A stretch of DNA of 64,000 bases from Calditrichales bacterium. GTDB taxonomy: Bacteria; Calditrichota; Calditrichia; Calditrichales; J004. Below, piece by piece: positions 19,173 through 27,961 of this stretch; positions within the stretch are counted from its first letter, which is position 1, and every line of letters begins with the position of its first letter. Where the stretch lies: the NCBI GenBank assembly GCA_965267575.1, contig OZ254086.1, positions 3,232,001 through 3,296,000 on the forward strand, read 5' to 3'. Under the pieces are notes generated by a model. The model made no database searches, was not told where the DNA came from, and saw nothing but the letters and a program-made list of their open reading frames with translations. The position numbers and the translations under genes were made by a program.

Positions 19173-19330
19173 CCCAGCATAAAACGAACGGTAACAGAGT
19201 TTTGGAAATCAAATGAGTGACTGCGCCGTTGAATCCGGTGGCAACAGGCCGTTAAAAATATCACCCATCTAGTTTTGATTTTATTGGATAATGCGCTGAT
19301 ATTGTGATTGATCTGATAAAGGAAACTCAA

Positions 19331-19915
19331 GTGAAAACGATCTACCTCCTCCGCCATACAACTCCCGACATAGATCTTGATGTCTGTTACGGACAAATGA
19401 ATGTGAATGTGAAAGCTGAAAACTTTAAATCTGAAAGCAAAAGGATATTCGATTTACTGCGGGCATTCCCATCAATTAATAGTCCCAGGATTTACAGTAG
19501 TCCTTTAAAACGCTGTAAGGTGTTGGCGAATGCTCTTCCCTTTGATAAAGAGGTTCTGGTAGATGACCGTTTGATTGAGCTGGACTTTGGAAAATGGGAG
19601 GGCGTTCCATGGAAAGAAATTCCAAAAACCGAGCTCGATATATGGATGGAAGCTTTCCCTGAAATGCAGGCACCCGGCGGTGAATCGTATCGTCAAATGC
19701 AGGAGCGCGTTCTTAGGTTTTGGAGAGAGGTTCTGGACGGTGGAGAAGATGCCTATATTGTTGTTGCGCACGGTGGCAGCCTGAGGACGTTGATCAGCCA
19801 TATCCTGGAGATGCCGCTCAAAAGAATGTTTTCCCTTAATATGGATTTTGGCAGCGTCTCGGCCATTACAGTTGGCAAAAACAAAACACGATTACACTTT
19901 CTTAACCGCCAATGA
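19331..19915 (+). CDS. cobC: Histidine phosphatase, alpha-ribazole phosphatase (CobC)-like
   Basis: LLRHT, CYGQ, SSPLKRC, ELDFGKWEG, PGGES and HGG motifs; AAGGA RBS before GTG. Confidence 0.75.
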   Translation: MKTIYLLRHTTPDIDLDVCYGQMNVNVKAENFKSESKRIFDLLRAFPSINSPRIYSSPLKRCKVLANALPFDKEVLVDDRLIELDFGKWEGVPWKEIPKTELDIWMEAFPEMQAPGGESYRQMQERVLRFWREVLDGGEDAYIVVAHGGSLRTLISHILEMPLKRMFSLNMDFGSVSAITVGKNKTRLHFLNRQ

Positions 19916-20733
19916 AAAAAATTCTCTTTTGTACGATTGCTTTAGTGCATCTGTTTGCCTGTTCTTCAAAAGATGTTGAAATGGAAACGTCGCGGCAAGC
20001 GGCAGCCGACAGCCTTTTTGCAGCTACCGCTGATTCCACTTTGCCCGATCCGTTGCCGCGCATAGTTGCTGAGCAACTGGCCTTTATGCGGACGAGCCTG
20101 GATAGCGCCACTATGGAAGAAACACAAATTATGGTACGGCGGTTTTTCAGCAGAGACTCAATCAATCTCTATGCTAAAGCCCAGTTTCAAAAAAGCTATG
20201 AAAAGCCCTATGCCGATTCCGTGCGGGAATGGTTTAGCAGTACTCTGCACGACACTATTCACACATTAATGAACGCAGACTTAAGCGAAAATGATAAAAA
20301 AAGAATAATCGAATATGCCAACCAGGCTTCACGCGATTCAGCCATGATGCGCCGCGTACGGATGCTGCGATCCATACAAAGTGACAGTGTACTAACTTTG
20401 AAAAAAAACGTCTATGAGCGGACAATGCGGGCCTTACTGAAACTGCATCAGGTTTTGGCTAAAGAAGGGCAGGACATTAAAACCAGGGATATTGGTTTTG
20501 TGGCGCATGCAGAAGCCATGGCTTATGGCCGTCGATTACGCGGCGAGCAGATTTATGAACAGCTTTACAGGTTACGCCTTCTCGATGATGCTAAATTTAA
20601 CAGCTATGTGGATGTGATGCGTTCACCGGCCTGGAAATGGTATGATCTGGCCATTAACGCCTCGCGTATGAAAGCCGTAAGCGCTGCATCCGCCAAATTA
20701 AAAAACTCCATTAACAGCACCGGGAAGGAGTAA
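19912..20733 (+). CDS. Hypothetical helical lipoprotein
   Basis: Lipobox LFAC; ATGA overlap with the upstream stop codon. Confidence 0.7.
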   Translation: MKKILFCTIALVHLFACSSKDVEMETSRQAAADSLFAATADSTLPDPLPRIVAEQLAFMRTSLDSATMEETQIMVRRFFSRDSINLYAKAQFQKSYEKPYADSVREWFSSTLHDTIHTLMNADLSENDKKRIIEYANQASRDSAMMRRVRMLRSIQSDSVLTLKKNVYERTMRALLKLHQVLAKEGQDIKTRDIGFVAHAEAMAYGRRLRGEQIYEQLYRLRLLDDAKFNSYVDVMRSPAWKWYDLAINASRMKAVSAASAKLKNSINSTGKE

Positions 20734-20735
20734 TT

Positions 20736-21590
20736 ATGAGTTGGAAAGATTTAAAAGCCATGGATTGGGAAGAACTCTCGGAAGCGCGACTACAGGTGCA
20801 TCAGGCAGTACAGCTAATTGCCTCCGCGGCCATTTCGTTTCTGGAAAAAAAGGAAGACGACAGTCATACCAACATGACCTGGTTGAATGACCAAAAAATG
20901 CTTGCCGGACATTTATTCGGTGAGGAAAAACGTTTTCGCCTGGCCTTAAGCATCGCTGATTTCCGCTATGTGCTGCTGGATGAACAAGATACGGAGATAG
21001 TAGACTTTCCTTTAAATATGCGTACGGTTGATGATGCGGTGGACTGGCTTATGGCACAACTGCGAAACAATGGCTTTGATCCCTCGGCTTTCCACACGCG
21101 CAGGCATTATAAAATACCGGTTAACAAGCCGGGCATGGGCGGTATTTACCAATATTTTGCCGCTGAACCTTTCCGCCAGATTTCGCACCATTTCGATTGT
21201 GCTCATGATGTTCTGGAAGAACTGCGCGCCGAAAAAGTGCCCGATGCGGTGTTGGCCTGTTGGCCGCATCATTTTGACCTTGCATTTCTTTATTCTGTGC
21301 AAAGTGCAAAGTCAGGTCAGGCAAAATCGGTCGGTTTAGGTTTTCTGCCAGGTGATGATTATTACAGCAAGCCTTATTATTATGTCTCTCCCTGGCCATA
21401 TCCTGAAGAGAATAAGCTGGAGAACAGCGAACTGCCTGACGGCGCGTTCTGGCACACACGTGATTTTGTCAGCGCTATCTGGGAAGCCGACGTTTACACG
21501 GCTTTTAAGGGTGTGATTTCAGGCAGAGAGCGTACTCTCGATTTTCTAAAAACCGCTCTCGGCCGCAGCGAAGCTCTTCTTACACAATAG
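20736..21590 (+). CDS. DUF5996-like conserved protein
   Basis: WPHHFDLA, GFLPGD and PYYYVSPWP motifs. Confidence 0.7.
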   Translation: MSWKDLKAMDWEELSEARLQVHQAVQLIASAAISFLEKKEDDSHTNMTWLNDQKMLAGHLFGEEKRFRLALSIADFRYVLLDEQDTEIVDFPLNMRTVDDAVDWLMAQLRNNGFDPSAFHTRRHYKIPVNKPGMGGIYQYFAAEPFRQISHHFDCAHDVLEELRAEKVPDAVLACWPHHFDLAFLYSVQSAKSGQAKSVGLGFLPGDDYYSKPYYYVSPWPYPEENKLENSELPDGAFWHTRDFVSAIWEADVYTAFKGVISGRERTLDFLKTALGRSEALLTQ

Positions 21591-21597
21591 GATTCCG

Positions 21598-22338
21598 ATG
21601 GTCCGTTTCGAAAATGTTACCTTTGCCTATAACTCGAAAAGGGTACTGGAGGGCTTTACGCTGGATGTTGCCGGCGGGAGAAGCACTATCCTTATCGGTC
21701 CTAGCGGCTGCGGCAAATCGACCATTTTGCGACTGGTAAACGGCCTGTTGAAACCGCAGGAAGGCACGGTCCGGGTAAATGGCGAGATCGTTTCGGACGA
21801 CACACTAAGAGATATCCGCCTTGGAACGGGTTACGTAATTCAGGAGGGCGGTTTGTTTCCCAACATGACCGCCGGCGGGAACATCACGTTGATGGCCCGG
21901 CGGCTTGGCTGGGACAGCACCCGGATTCAAAAGCGCATTGATTACCTCTGCGAACTTACCAGCTTTGATAAAGAGCTTCTACAAAGCTACCCGATTTTTC
22001 TCTCAGGCGGTCAGCGTCAGCGTGTAAGCCTTATGCGTGCGCTCATGCTGGATCCGGAGCTGCTCCTGCTTGACGAACCATTTGGCGCGCTGGACCCGCT
22101 TATCCGCGCGGAGCTGCAAGACAGCATGCGCGAGATTTTCCGAAAGTTAAACAAGACCGTTCTTCTTGTAACCCACGATATGCACGAAGCCGCTTATCTC
22201 GGCGATGACATTGTACTAATCCGTGACGGGCTTATTGAACAACAGGGCAGTGCCGATCAACTCGTGCAACAACCCGCCAATACGTTTGTGCGTGATTTTA
22301 TCCGGGCGCAGCGAAGCCATCTGCCCGCGGAGCAATAA
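21598..22338 (+). CDS. Osmoprotectant (glycine betaine/choline-type) ABC transporter ATP-binding subunit
   Basis: GPSGCGKST, GYVIQEGGLFP, LSGGQRQR and DEPFGALDP motifs. Confidence 0.9.
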   Translation: MVRFENVTFAYNSKRVLEGFTLDVAGGRSTILIGPSGCGKSTILRLVNGLLKPQEGTVRVNGEIVSDDTLRDIRLGTGYVIQEGGLFPNMTAGGNITLMARRLGWDSTRIQKRIDYLCELTSFDKELLQSYPIFLSGGQRQRVSLMRALMLDPELLLLDEPFGALDPLIRAELQDSMREIFRKLNKTVLLVTHDMHEAAYLGDDIVLIRDGLIEQQGSADQLVQQPANTFVRDFIRAQRSHLPAEQ

Positions 22339-23805
22339 ATGAGAAGCATTGTTCTGATTGTTATTATTCTTACGCTGCATTTCCTGGAGGCACAACCGAT
22401 AAAAGTCGGTTCAAAAAAGTTTACCGAATCAGTCATTCTCGGGGAGGTTGCCAGGCTTGCGGCAGAGCAGGCCGGTTATGAGTCGCAGCACCGCCGCGAA
22501 CTGGGAGGAACCCGCGTATTGTTCAACGCGCTCACCGGCGCCGAAATCGATATTTACCCGGAATACACCGGAACCATTCTTCGTGAAATACTGGCCGGGC
22601 GACGTCTTGATGACTTTACGGAAGCGCGAGAAGTACTGGATAGCCTGGGCATTGGCGTCATCATGCCGCTGGGGTTTAACAACACATACGCGCTGGGCAT
22701 GAAAAAGCAGGCCGCCCGGGAATTGGGCATCGAAAAAATTTCCGACCTGCAGAATTATCCGCAGCTCAGTTTTGGCTTCAGTAACGAATTTATGAATCGT
22801 TCCGATGGCTGGCCAGCTTTACAGAAGGCGTACAACCTGCCACAAAAAAGCGTGCGCGGACTGGACCATGACCTGGCATACCGGGGCCTGGAAAGCGGGG
22901 CGATCAAGCTTACCGAACTCTATTCCACCGATGCCGAGATCCGCTATTACGATCTGAAAATTTTACAGGACGACAGAAATCACTTCCCGGAATATCAGGC
23001 GCTTTTCCTTTACCGGCGCACCCTGGAAAAAGAAAAACCGGCTTTCATTGAATTATTGCGTCGTCTGCGTGGCTCCATTTCTGAAGCCGAGATGGTTGAG
23101 ATGAACGCACAAGCCAAGCTAGAGCGGGTTCCTGCGGCACGTTTAGCGGCCTCGTTTTTAGAAGAAAAATGGCAGACAACCCTGCAGGTTAATGAAAACA
23201 CCATGTGGAAACGCCTGCGACAACATACGCTGGAGCACCTGTTACTGGTGGGCATTTCCCTGGGCTTTGCGATTTTGATCTCGATTCCATTGGGTATATG
23301 GGCTGTTAAAAGGCCGCGTTTGGGACAGTTTATCCTCGGCGCGACCGGCGTTGTTCAGACCATCCCTTCGCTGGCGGTGCTTGTCTTTATGATTCCGCTT
23401 TTGGGTATTGGAGCCAAACCGGCTATGGTGGCGCTTTTCCTTTACAGCCTTTTGCCCATCGTACGCAATACCCACAGCGGCATTAAAGACATCTCTTCAG
23501 GGATACGCGAGTCTGCCCAGGCTTTGGGACTTACTGCCGGCGAGCGTTTGCGTTTTGTGGAGTTACCGCTGGCCACACGCTCGATTCTGGCCGGTATAAA
23601 AACCGCCGCCGTAATTAATGTTGGCACGGCAACGCTGGGTGCATTAATCGGTGCGGGCGGCTACGGCCAGCCCATCCTAACCGGTATTCGCCTGGATGAC
23701 ATTGGCCTGATCCTGGAAGGAGCAATCCCGGCTGCTTTACTGGCGCTGCTTGTTCAGGGCTTTTTTGATCTGTTGGAAAAATGGCTTGTGGCGGAGGGGA
23801 TATAA
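22339..23805 (+). CDS. Fused substrate-binding protein + permease of osmoprotectant ABC transporter (OsmF/OpuBC-like)
   Basis: GSKKFTES, YPEYTGT and GFNNTY in the binding domain; C-terminal TM domain with QTIPSLA and an EAA loop. Confidence 0.9.
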   Translation: MRSIVLIVIILTLHFLEAQPIKVGSKKFTESVILGEVARLAAEQAGYESQHRRELGGTRVLFNALTGAEIDIYPEYTGTILREILAGRRLDDFTEAREVLDSLGIGVIMPLGFNNTYALGMKKQAARELGIEKISDLQNYPQLSFGFSNEFMNRSDGWPALQKAYNLPQKSVRGLDHDLAYRGLESGAIKLTELYSTDAEIRYYDLKILQDDRNHFPEYQALFLYRRTLEKEKPAFIELLRRLRGSISEAEMVEMNAQAKLERVPAARLAASFLEEKWQTTLQVNENTMWKRLRQHTLEHLLLVGISLGFAILISIPLGIWAVKRPRLGQFILGATGVVQTIPSLAVLVFMIPLLGIGAKPAMVALFLYSLLPIVRNTHSGIKDISSGIRESAQALGLTAGERLRFVELPLATRSILAGIKTAAVINVGTATLGALIGAGGYGQPILTGIRLDDIGLILEGAIPAALLALLVQGFFDLLEKWLVAEGI

Positions 23806-23829
23806 AAAAACCGGCGCACGCGGCGCCGG
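23804..23829 (-). terminator. Terminator for the minus-strand DUF302 gene
   Basis: CCGGCGC/GCGCCGG stem preceded by A7 on the + strand. Confidence 0.6.
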
Positions 23830-23839
23830 CGGATATCAG

Positions 23840-24223
23840 CTACAACTTCTCAATAACGTTACGCAGCTTATCGCGTACTTCAACGGCGACATCGGCCAGG
23901 GCGGGGTTGTTGACTGCCTGCATTGACGCGATCGGGTCAATGGCTGCCACCTCGATACCGTTGTCCTGTTCGATGACGATTACGTTGCAAGGCAGCATCG
24001 CGCCGATTTTGTCTTCGGCCTGCAGGGCTTTATGGGCAAATGGCGGATTGCATGCTCCCAGAATGTGGTATTTCTTGTAATCCACATCCAGTTTTTTCTT
24101 CAGTGTCTCTTTTACGTCAATCTCGGTAAGAACGCCAAAACCCTCTTCTTTTAGCAGACCCGTGGTTTTGTTTATGGCTTCTTCAAAAGACCCTTTGATC
24201 GTTTTGGAAAAGTAGTATGACAT
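23840..24223 (-). CDS. DUF302 domain protein
   Basis: GFGVLTEID, ILGACNP and MLPC motifs. Confidence 0.9.
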   Translation of the reverse strand: MSYYFSKTIKGSFEEAINKTTGLLKEEGFGVLTEIDVKETLKKKLDVDYKKYHILGACNPPFAHKALQAEDKIGAMLPCNVIVIEQDNGIEVAAIDPIASMQAVNNPALADVAVEVRDKLRNVIEKL

Positions 24224-24315
24224 TATTGTTAACCTCTCATTTTAGACATGTTCGCGGGGCTTTATGGTTTTGATGATAATAGTCCCTTAAGGATACGTCC
24301 TTTATGTTTCGATTT

Positions 24316-24330
24316 TGGCACGGGACTTGT
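24316..24330 (+). promoter_or_regulatory. Sigma-54-like promoter (-24/-12, variant -12)
   Basis: TGGCACGGGACTTGT versus consensus TGGCACnnnnnTTGC. Confidence 0.4.
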
Positions 24331-24366
24331 CAGTTAAAACGGAAATGTTTCTTATGGAGAAGAGTA

Positions 24367-24552
24367 ATGTTCAATACGACTCTGGAAAAACTGCTGGACG
24401 GCCTTAGCGACAAAGATATCATGGAGGTCATTGAAAAGGCCGAAAGCATGGCCCGCCCGCTGCCAAACCGCGCCGATTACGAAAAGGAAAGACTAGTACT
24501 GATCGTAAAACGTGAAGACACCGGCGTTTTCGAAGCCGTTCATATCCGCTAA
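24367..24552 (+). CDS. Small hypothetical protein (61 aa)
   Basis: GGAG RBS, ATG start, protein-like composition. Confidence 0.6.
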   Translation: MFNTTLEKLLDGLSDKDIMEVIEKAESMARPLPNRADYEKERLVLIVKREDTGVFEAVHIR

Positions 24553-24746
24553 AAAACTGCCCATTCTGTAACTTTTCTGCACAGAAGCGAGCAATGCTCG
24601 TTTTCCGCCATTTTGCTTTGCTCAAGAGTTTTATTCCGCTTAATTTTAAATTTCAAAATCCAAAACGATCGCTTTTTTAAGCTGTATTAATTTTTCCCGC
24701 TTAATGTTGCACTAAAGGTTCAGGCCATTATGAAAGGAACAGTGCC

Positions 24747-26750
24747 ATGCGTTCATTCTTACTTCTTTTATTGCTTATGGTAACATCAATCCAATGCTCC
24801 ATGAACAGTGGTGATGTTACGTCGCCGGATAAGCGCATCCAAGTTTCATTTAGTCTGGAGCAGGGTGTTCCCGTCTATTCGGTAACCCGTGATTATGAGA
24901 CAATCCTAAAGCCATCAAGATTGGGTTTTCAGCTGAAGAACGGCATAAGCTTGGCCGACAGCTTTCGCGTGGCCGGCATTACGCACAGTCACCATGACAG
25001 CACCTGGGAGCAGGTATGGGGCGAACAGCGGCTTATTCGCAATCATTACAATGAAATGAAAGTGGACCTTGTGCAGGAAAACAGCGGCAGGCAAATGGCG
25101 ATTGTTTTCAGGGTGTTTAACGATGGCATCGGCTTTCGCTATGAATTTCCGCAACAGGAAAATCTGAACAACTTTGTTATTGCCGATGAATTGACGGAAT
25201 TCGCTTTCGACAAAGATCACGCGGCCTGGTGGATACCGGTTTACCAATACCACCGCTACGAGTATCTGTTTAAAAGATCGCCGCTCTCGGAACTTGATAC
25301 GGTACATACACCTTTGACCATGGAAACGGCAGACGGCCTCTATTTGAGCCTGCACGAAGCGGACCTGACCGATTATGCCAGCATGACGCTGGTGCAGCGC
25401 GAAGGCACTACGCTAAAATGCGATCTTGTCCCGTGGCACGATGGCAACAAGGTATATGCCTCCACGCCTTTTAACACACCCTGGCGCACCATGGTCATCG
25501 CACAGTCGCCCGGCGACCTGATCACTTCCTACCTGGTGCTTAATCTGAACAGACCGAGCGAAATCGAAGATACATCCTGGATAAGGCCCGGCAAATACGT
25601 CGGCATCTGGTGGGGCATGCACATTGGCAGCTACACCTGGGGCAGCGGTCCCCAACACGGTGCCACAACCGCCAATGCCAAAAAGTATATCGACTTTGCC
25701 ACCGAACACGGTTTTGACGGTGTGCTGATCGAAGGCTGGAATACGGGCTGGGACGGAGACTGGTATAATAACGGCAGCCTTTTCCGCTTCAGCGAGCCAC
25801 ATCCCGATTTCGACATGGATGAAGTTTCCGCCTACGCCAAGGAAAAAGGTGTCTATATCATCGGCCACCATGAAACGGGCGCGGATATTGGCAACTATGA
25901 AAGGCAAATGGACGCGGCCTTCGAGTATTACAAAAAGTATGACATTCCTGCCATCAAAACCGGCTATGTGGGCTCGGAAGTGATTGATGCGGAGGGCAAC
26001 AAGCAGTGGCATCACGGGCAATACATGGTGCGCCATTACCGCAAGGTGGTTAAAAAGGCGGCCGAACACCGCATTGTCCTGGATGTGCACGAGCCGATCA
26101 AGGATACCGGCATACGCCGCACCTGGCCCAATATGATGACGCGCGAAGGCGCCCGCGGCCAGGAGTTTAACGCCTGGAGCGAAGACGGCGGCAATCCCCC
26201 CGAACATGAGACGATTATCCCGTTTACCCGCGGCCTGGCCGGGCCCTTTGATTTTACACCGGGCATTTTTGACCTGACCTTTGAGGAATTAAAACCCGAC
26301 AACCGCGTCAATACCACGCTGGCCAAGCAACTGGCCATTTACGTGACCTACTACAGCCCTCTGCATATGGCCGCCGACCTGCCGGAAAACTACGAAGGAG
26401 AGCCGGCCTTTCAATTCATAAAAGATGTACCCACGGATTGGGAAACGACCAAAGTGCTGAACGGTGAGATTGGCGAATACCTGACCATCGCGAGACAGGA
26501 CCGCAATAGCAAAGATTGGTACCTGGGCAGCGTGACCGACGAAAACCCGCGCGATTTGACCATCCGCCTGGATTTTCTGGAGCCCGGCAAAAGCTACACG
26601 GCGCAAATTTACCGCGACGCCGATGATGCCGACTGGGAAACAAATTCTTACGCTATGGCGATTGAAGAAAAGGAAGTGAACAGCACGGAAACGCTGCAGC
26701 TCAAGCTGGCGCCCGGTGGCGGGCAGGCCATACGCTTTATTGCTGAATAA
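24747..26750 (+). CDS. GH97 glycoside hydrolase (SusB-like, probably inverting alpha-glucosidase subgroup)
   Basis: GKYVGIWW, GHHETG, VHEP, REGARGQE and DFTPG motifs. Confidence 0.93.
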   Translation: MRSFLLLLLLMVTSIQCSMNSGDVTSPDKRIQVSFSLEQGVPVYSVTRDYETILKPSRLGFQLKNGISLADSFRVAGITHSHHDSTWEQVWGEQRLIRNHYNEMKVDLVQENSGRQMAIVFRVFNDGIGFRYEFPQQENLNNFVIADELTEFAFDKDHAAWWIPVYQYHRYEYLFKRSPLSELDTVHTPLTMETADGLYLSLHEADLTDYASMTLVQREGTTLKCDLVPWHDGNKVYASTPFNTPWRTMVIAQSPGDLITSYLVLNLNRPSEIEDTSWIRPGKYVGIWWGMHIGSYTWGSGPQHGATTANAKKYIDFATEHGFDGVLIEGWNTGWDGDWYNNGSLFRFSEPHPDFDMDEVSAYAKEKGVYIIGHHETGADIGNYERQMDAAFEYYKKYDIPAIKTGYVGSEVIDAEGNKQWHHGQYMVRHYRKVVKKAAEHRIVLDVHEPIKDTGIRRTWPNMMTREGARGQEFNAWSEDGGNPPEHETIIPFTRGLAGPFDFTPGIFDLTFEELKPDNRVNTTLAKQLAIYVTYYSPLHMAADLPENYEGEPAFQFIKDVPTDWETTKVLNGEIGEYLTIARQDRNSKDWYLGSVTDENPRDLTIRLDFLEPGKSYTAQIYRDADDADWETNSYAMAIEEKEVNSTETLQLKLAPGGGQAIRFIAE

Positions 26751-26752
26751 TC

Positions 26753-27724
26753 CTAAAAGGAGAGTTGCTTTTTCTCCGTGGAAAAATCCAAAAAAGTATG
26801 GCGAGTTTCGAGATGACTGATCTTTTCCAAAATCTTTTCCACAAAGCGCTGGTGCGCCGTGCTGCCTGGATGGATGGGGCGGTGCGCCAGTGCGTTTTGT
26901 ATTTCTTCGATATCCTTTATCAATTCAGCGTCCCGGTACAAATAGCTTTGCTTAAACTTTTCACGGATGTAGGCGATGGCGGCTGGCGCGGGGTGCGTCA
27001 GATCATCGCAGTAAAAGCGGTAGTCACGCAAATCATCCAGCAGCATTTCATAGGCGGGAAAGTAGTCGCTGTTATTTGTACCGGCCAGCGCTTGATCCAG
27101 CCCCAGCAGCAGCGTGGCCTTGCTGAGCTGATTGCCATGGAATCCATCCTTTAAATGGCGCACCGGACTCACCGTAAAAATGATATACAGATCCGGGTTT
27201 TCCTTGTGCAAAACATCGATTATCTCCCCGGTTATGGCGGCGACCTCCGCAACGGTCAAACGCCGTCTTGTAAAATGCTCCGCCGGCAGTTTATGGCAAT
27301 TGGCTACAATTCTGTTTAGCTGCTTATGCTCATAGACCCACGCTGTCCCGTAGGTAATTATCGCGTGTTGTGCTTTTTGGCTGTATGCTTCCGTCCTGTG
27401 CAGGGCGTCCAGGGCGTTTTTTTGGCACGAGTGCTTTTGCGGCGCCGAAAAATGGCTGCTGTGCAACAGGCTGTGCCACAACCCGTTGTTTTGGACAAGC
27501 AGCTTTTCCGGGAAATCGTCATGACCATTGGCGCACTTCAGTACGGCCAGGATCGATGCCGGGTTGTACAGCACACCGCAGGGGTTGGACGACACATCAT
27601 ATTTCAGCCGCAACAGGTAACCGGCGATATTTTCCGCGAAGCAGCTTCCAAGACTAAGCAACGGGCCGGGATGGATAACCGGCGTTGTTGCCGCTTCGCA
27701 TTTTAATTCTGTCCTGAATTTCAT
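26753..27724 (-). CDS. GSCFA domain protein (SGNH-like)
   Basis: Literal LGSCFA; NCHK, TVSPVRH, YFPAYE and DLTHP motifs; GGAG RBS before ATG 27724. Confidence 0.92.
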   Translation of the reverse strand: MKFRTELKCEAATTPVIHPGPLLSLGSCFAENIAGYLLRLKYDVSSNPCGVLYNPASILAVLKCANGHDDFPEKLLVQNNGLWHSLLHSSHFSAPQKHSCQKNALDALHRTEAYSQKAQHAIITYGTAWVYEHKQLNRIVANCHKLPAEHFTRRRLTVAEVAAITGEIIDVLHKENPDLYIIFTVSPVRHLKDGFHGNQLSKATLLLGLDQALAGTNNSDYFPAYEMLLDDLRDYRFYCDDLTHPAPAAIAYIREKFKQSYLYRDAELIKDIEEIQNALAHRPIHPGSTAHQRFVEKILEKISHLETRHTFLDFSTEKKQLSF

Positions 27725-27961
27725 GTTGGCGCTCCGAAGGTGGTCAATTTTTGCACACTCTGCAAACAGGTGATTGTATTTTGATTTTAGGTGTTGTTCA
27801 CGGCGCAATCCCCATGTTTCCGCGGGATAAAACTATCCATGGCAGGGGCGTCTGCCGACCCTAAGCTACATTTTTTCAGGAAGCGATGGAAGAGGCGGTA
27901 AGGTCGGTCTGAATTACGACCGAAAAGGAGTAGTAGCTTAAAAATAAATCAGGGACGAATT

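Noticed and set aside
19022..19330. Cobalamin riboswitch or retron msr-msd
   Set aside because: B12-box and GGGAA/ACUG core not found; no reverse transcriptase in the window.
18740..19396. 218-aa minus-strand ORF, and similar long antisense ORFs (e.g. 25413-26207, 42706-43584, 54549-55340, 63143-63778)
   Set aside because: Shadows of well-supported opposite-strand genes with no recognisable motifs.
27876..27945. c-di-GMP-II riboswitch, or a sigma-28 promoter (TAAG-N16-ACCGAAAA)
   Set aside because: Lacks the GGGCAC/GUGCAACC core; the promoter match is too weak to call.
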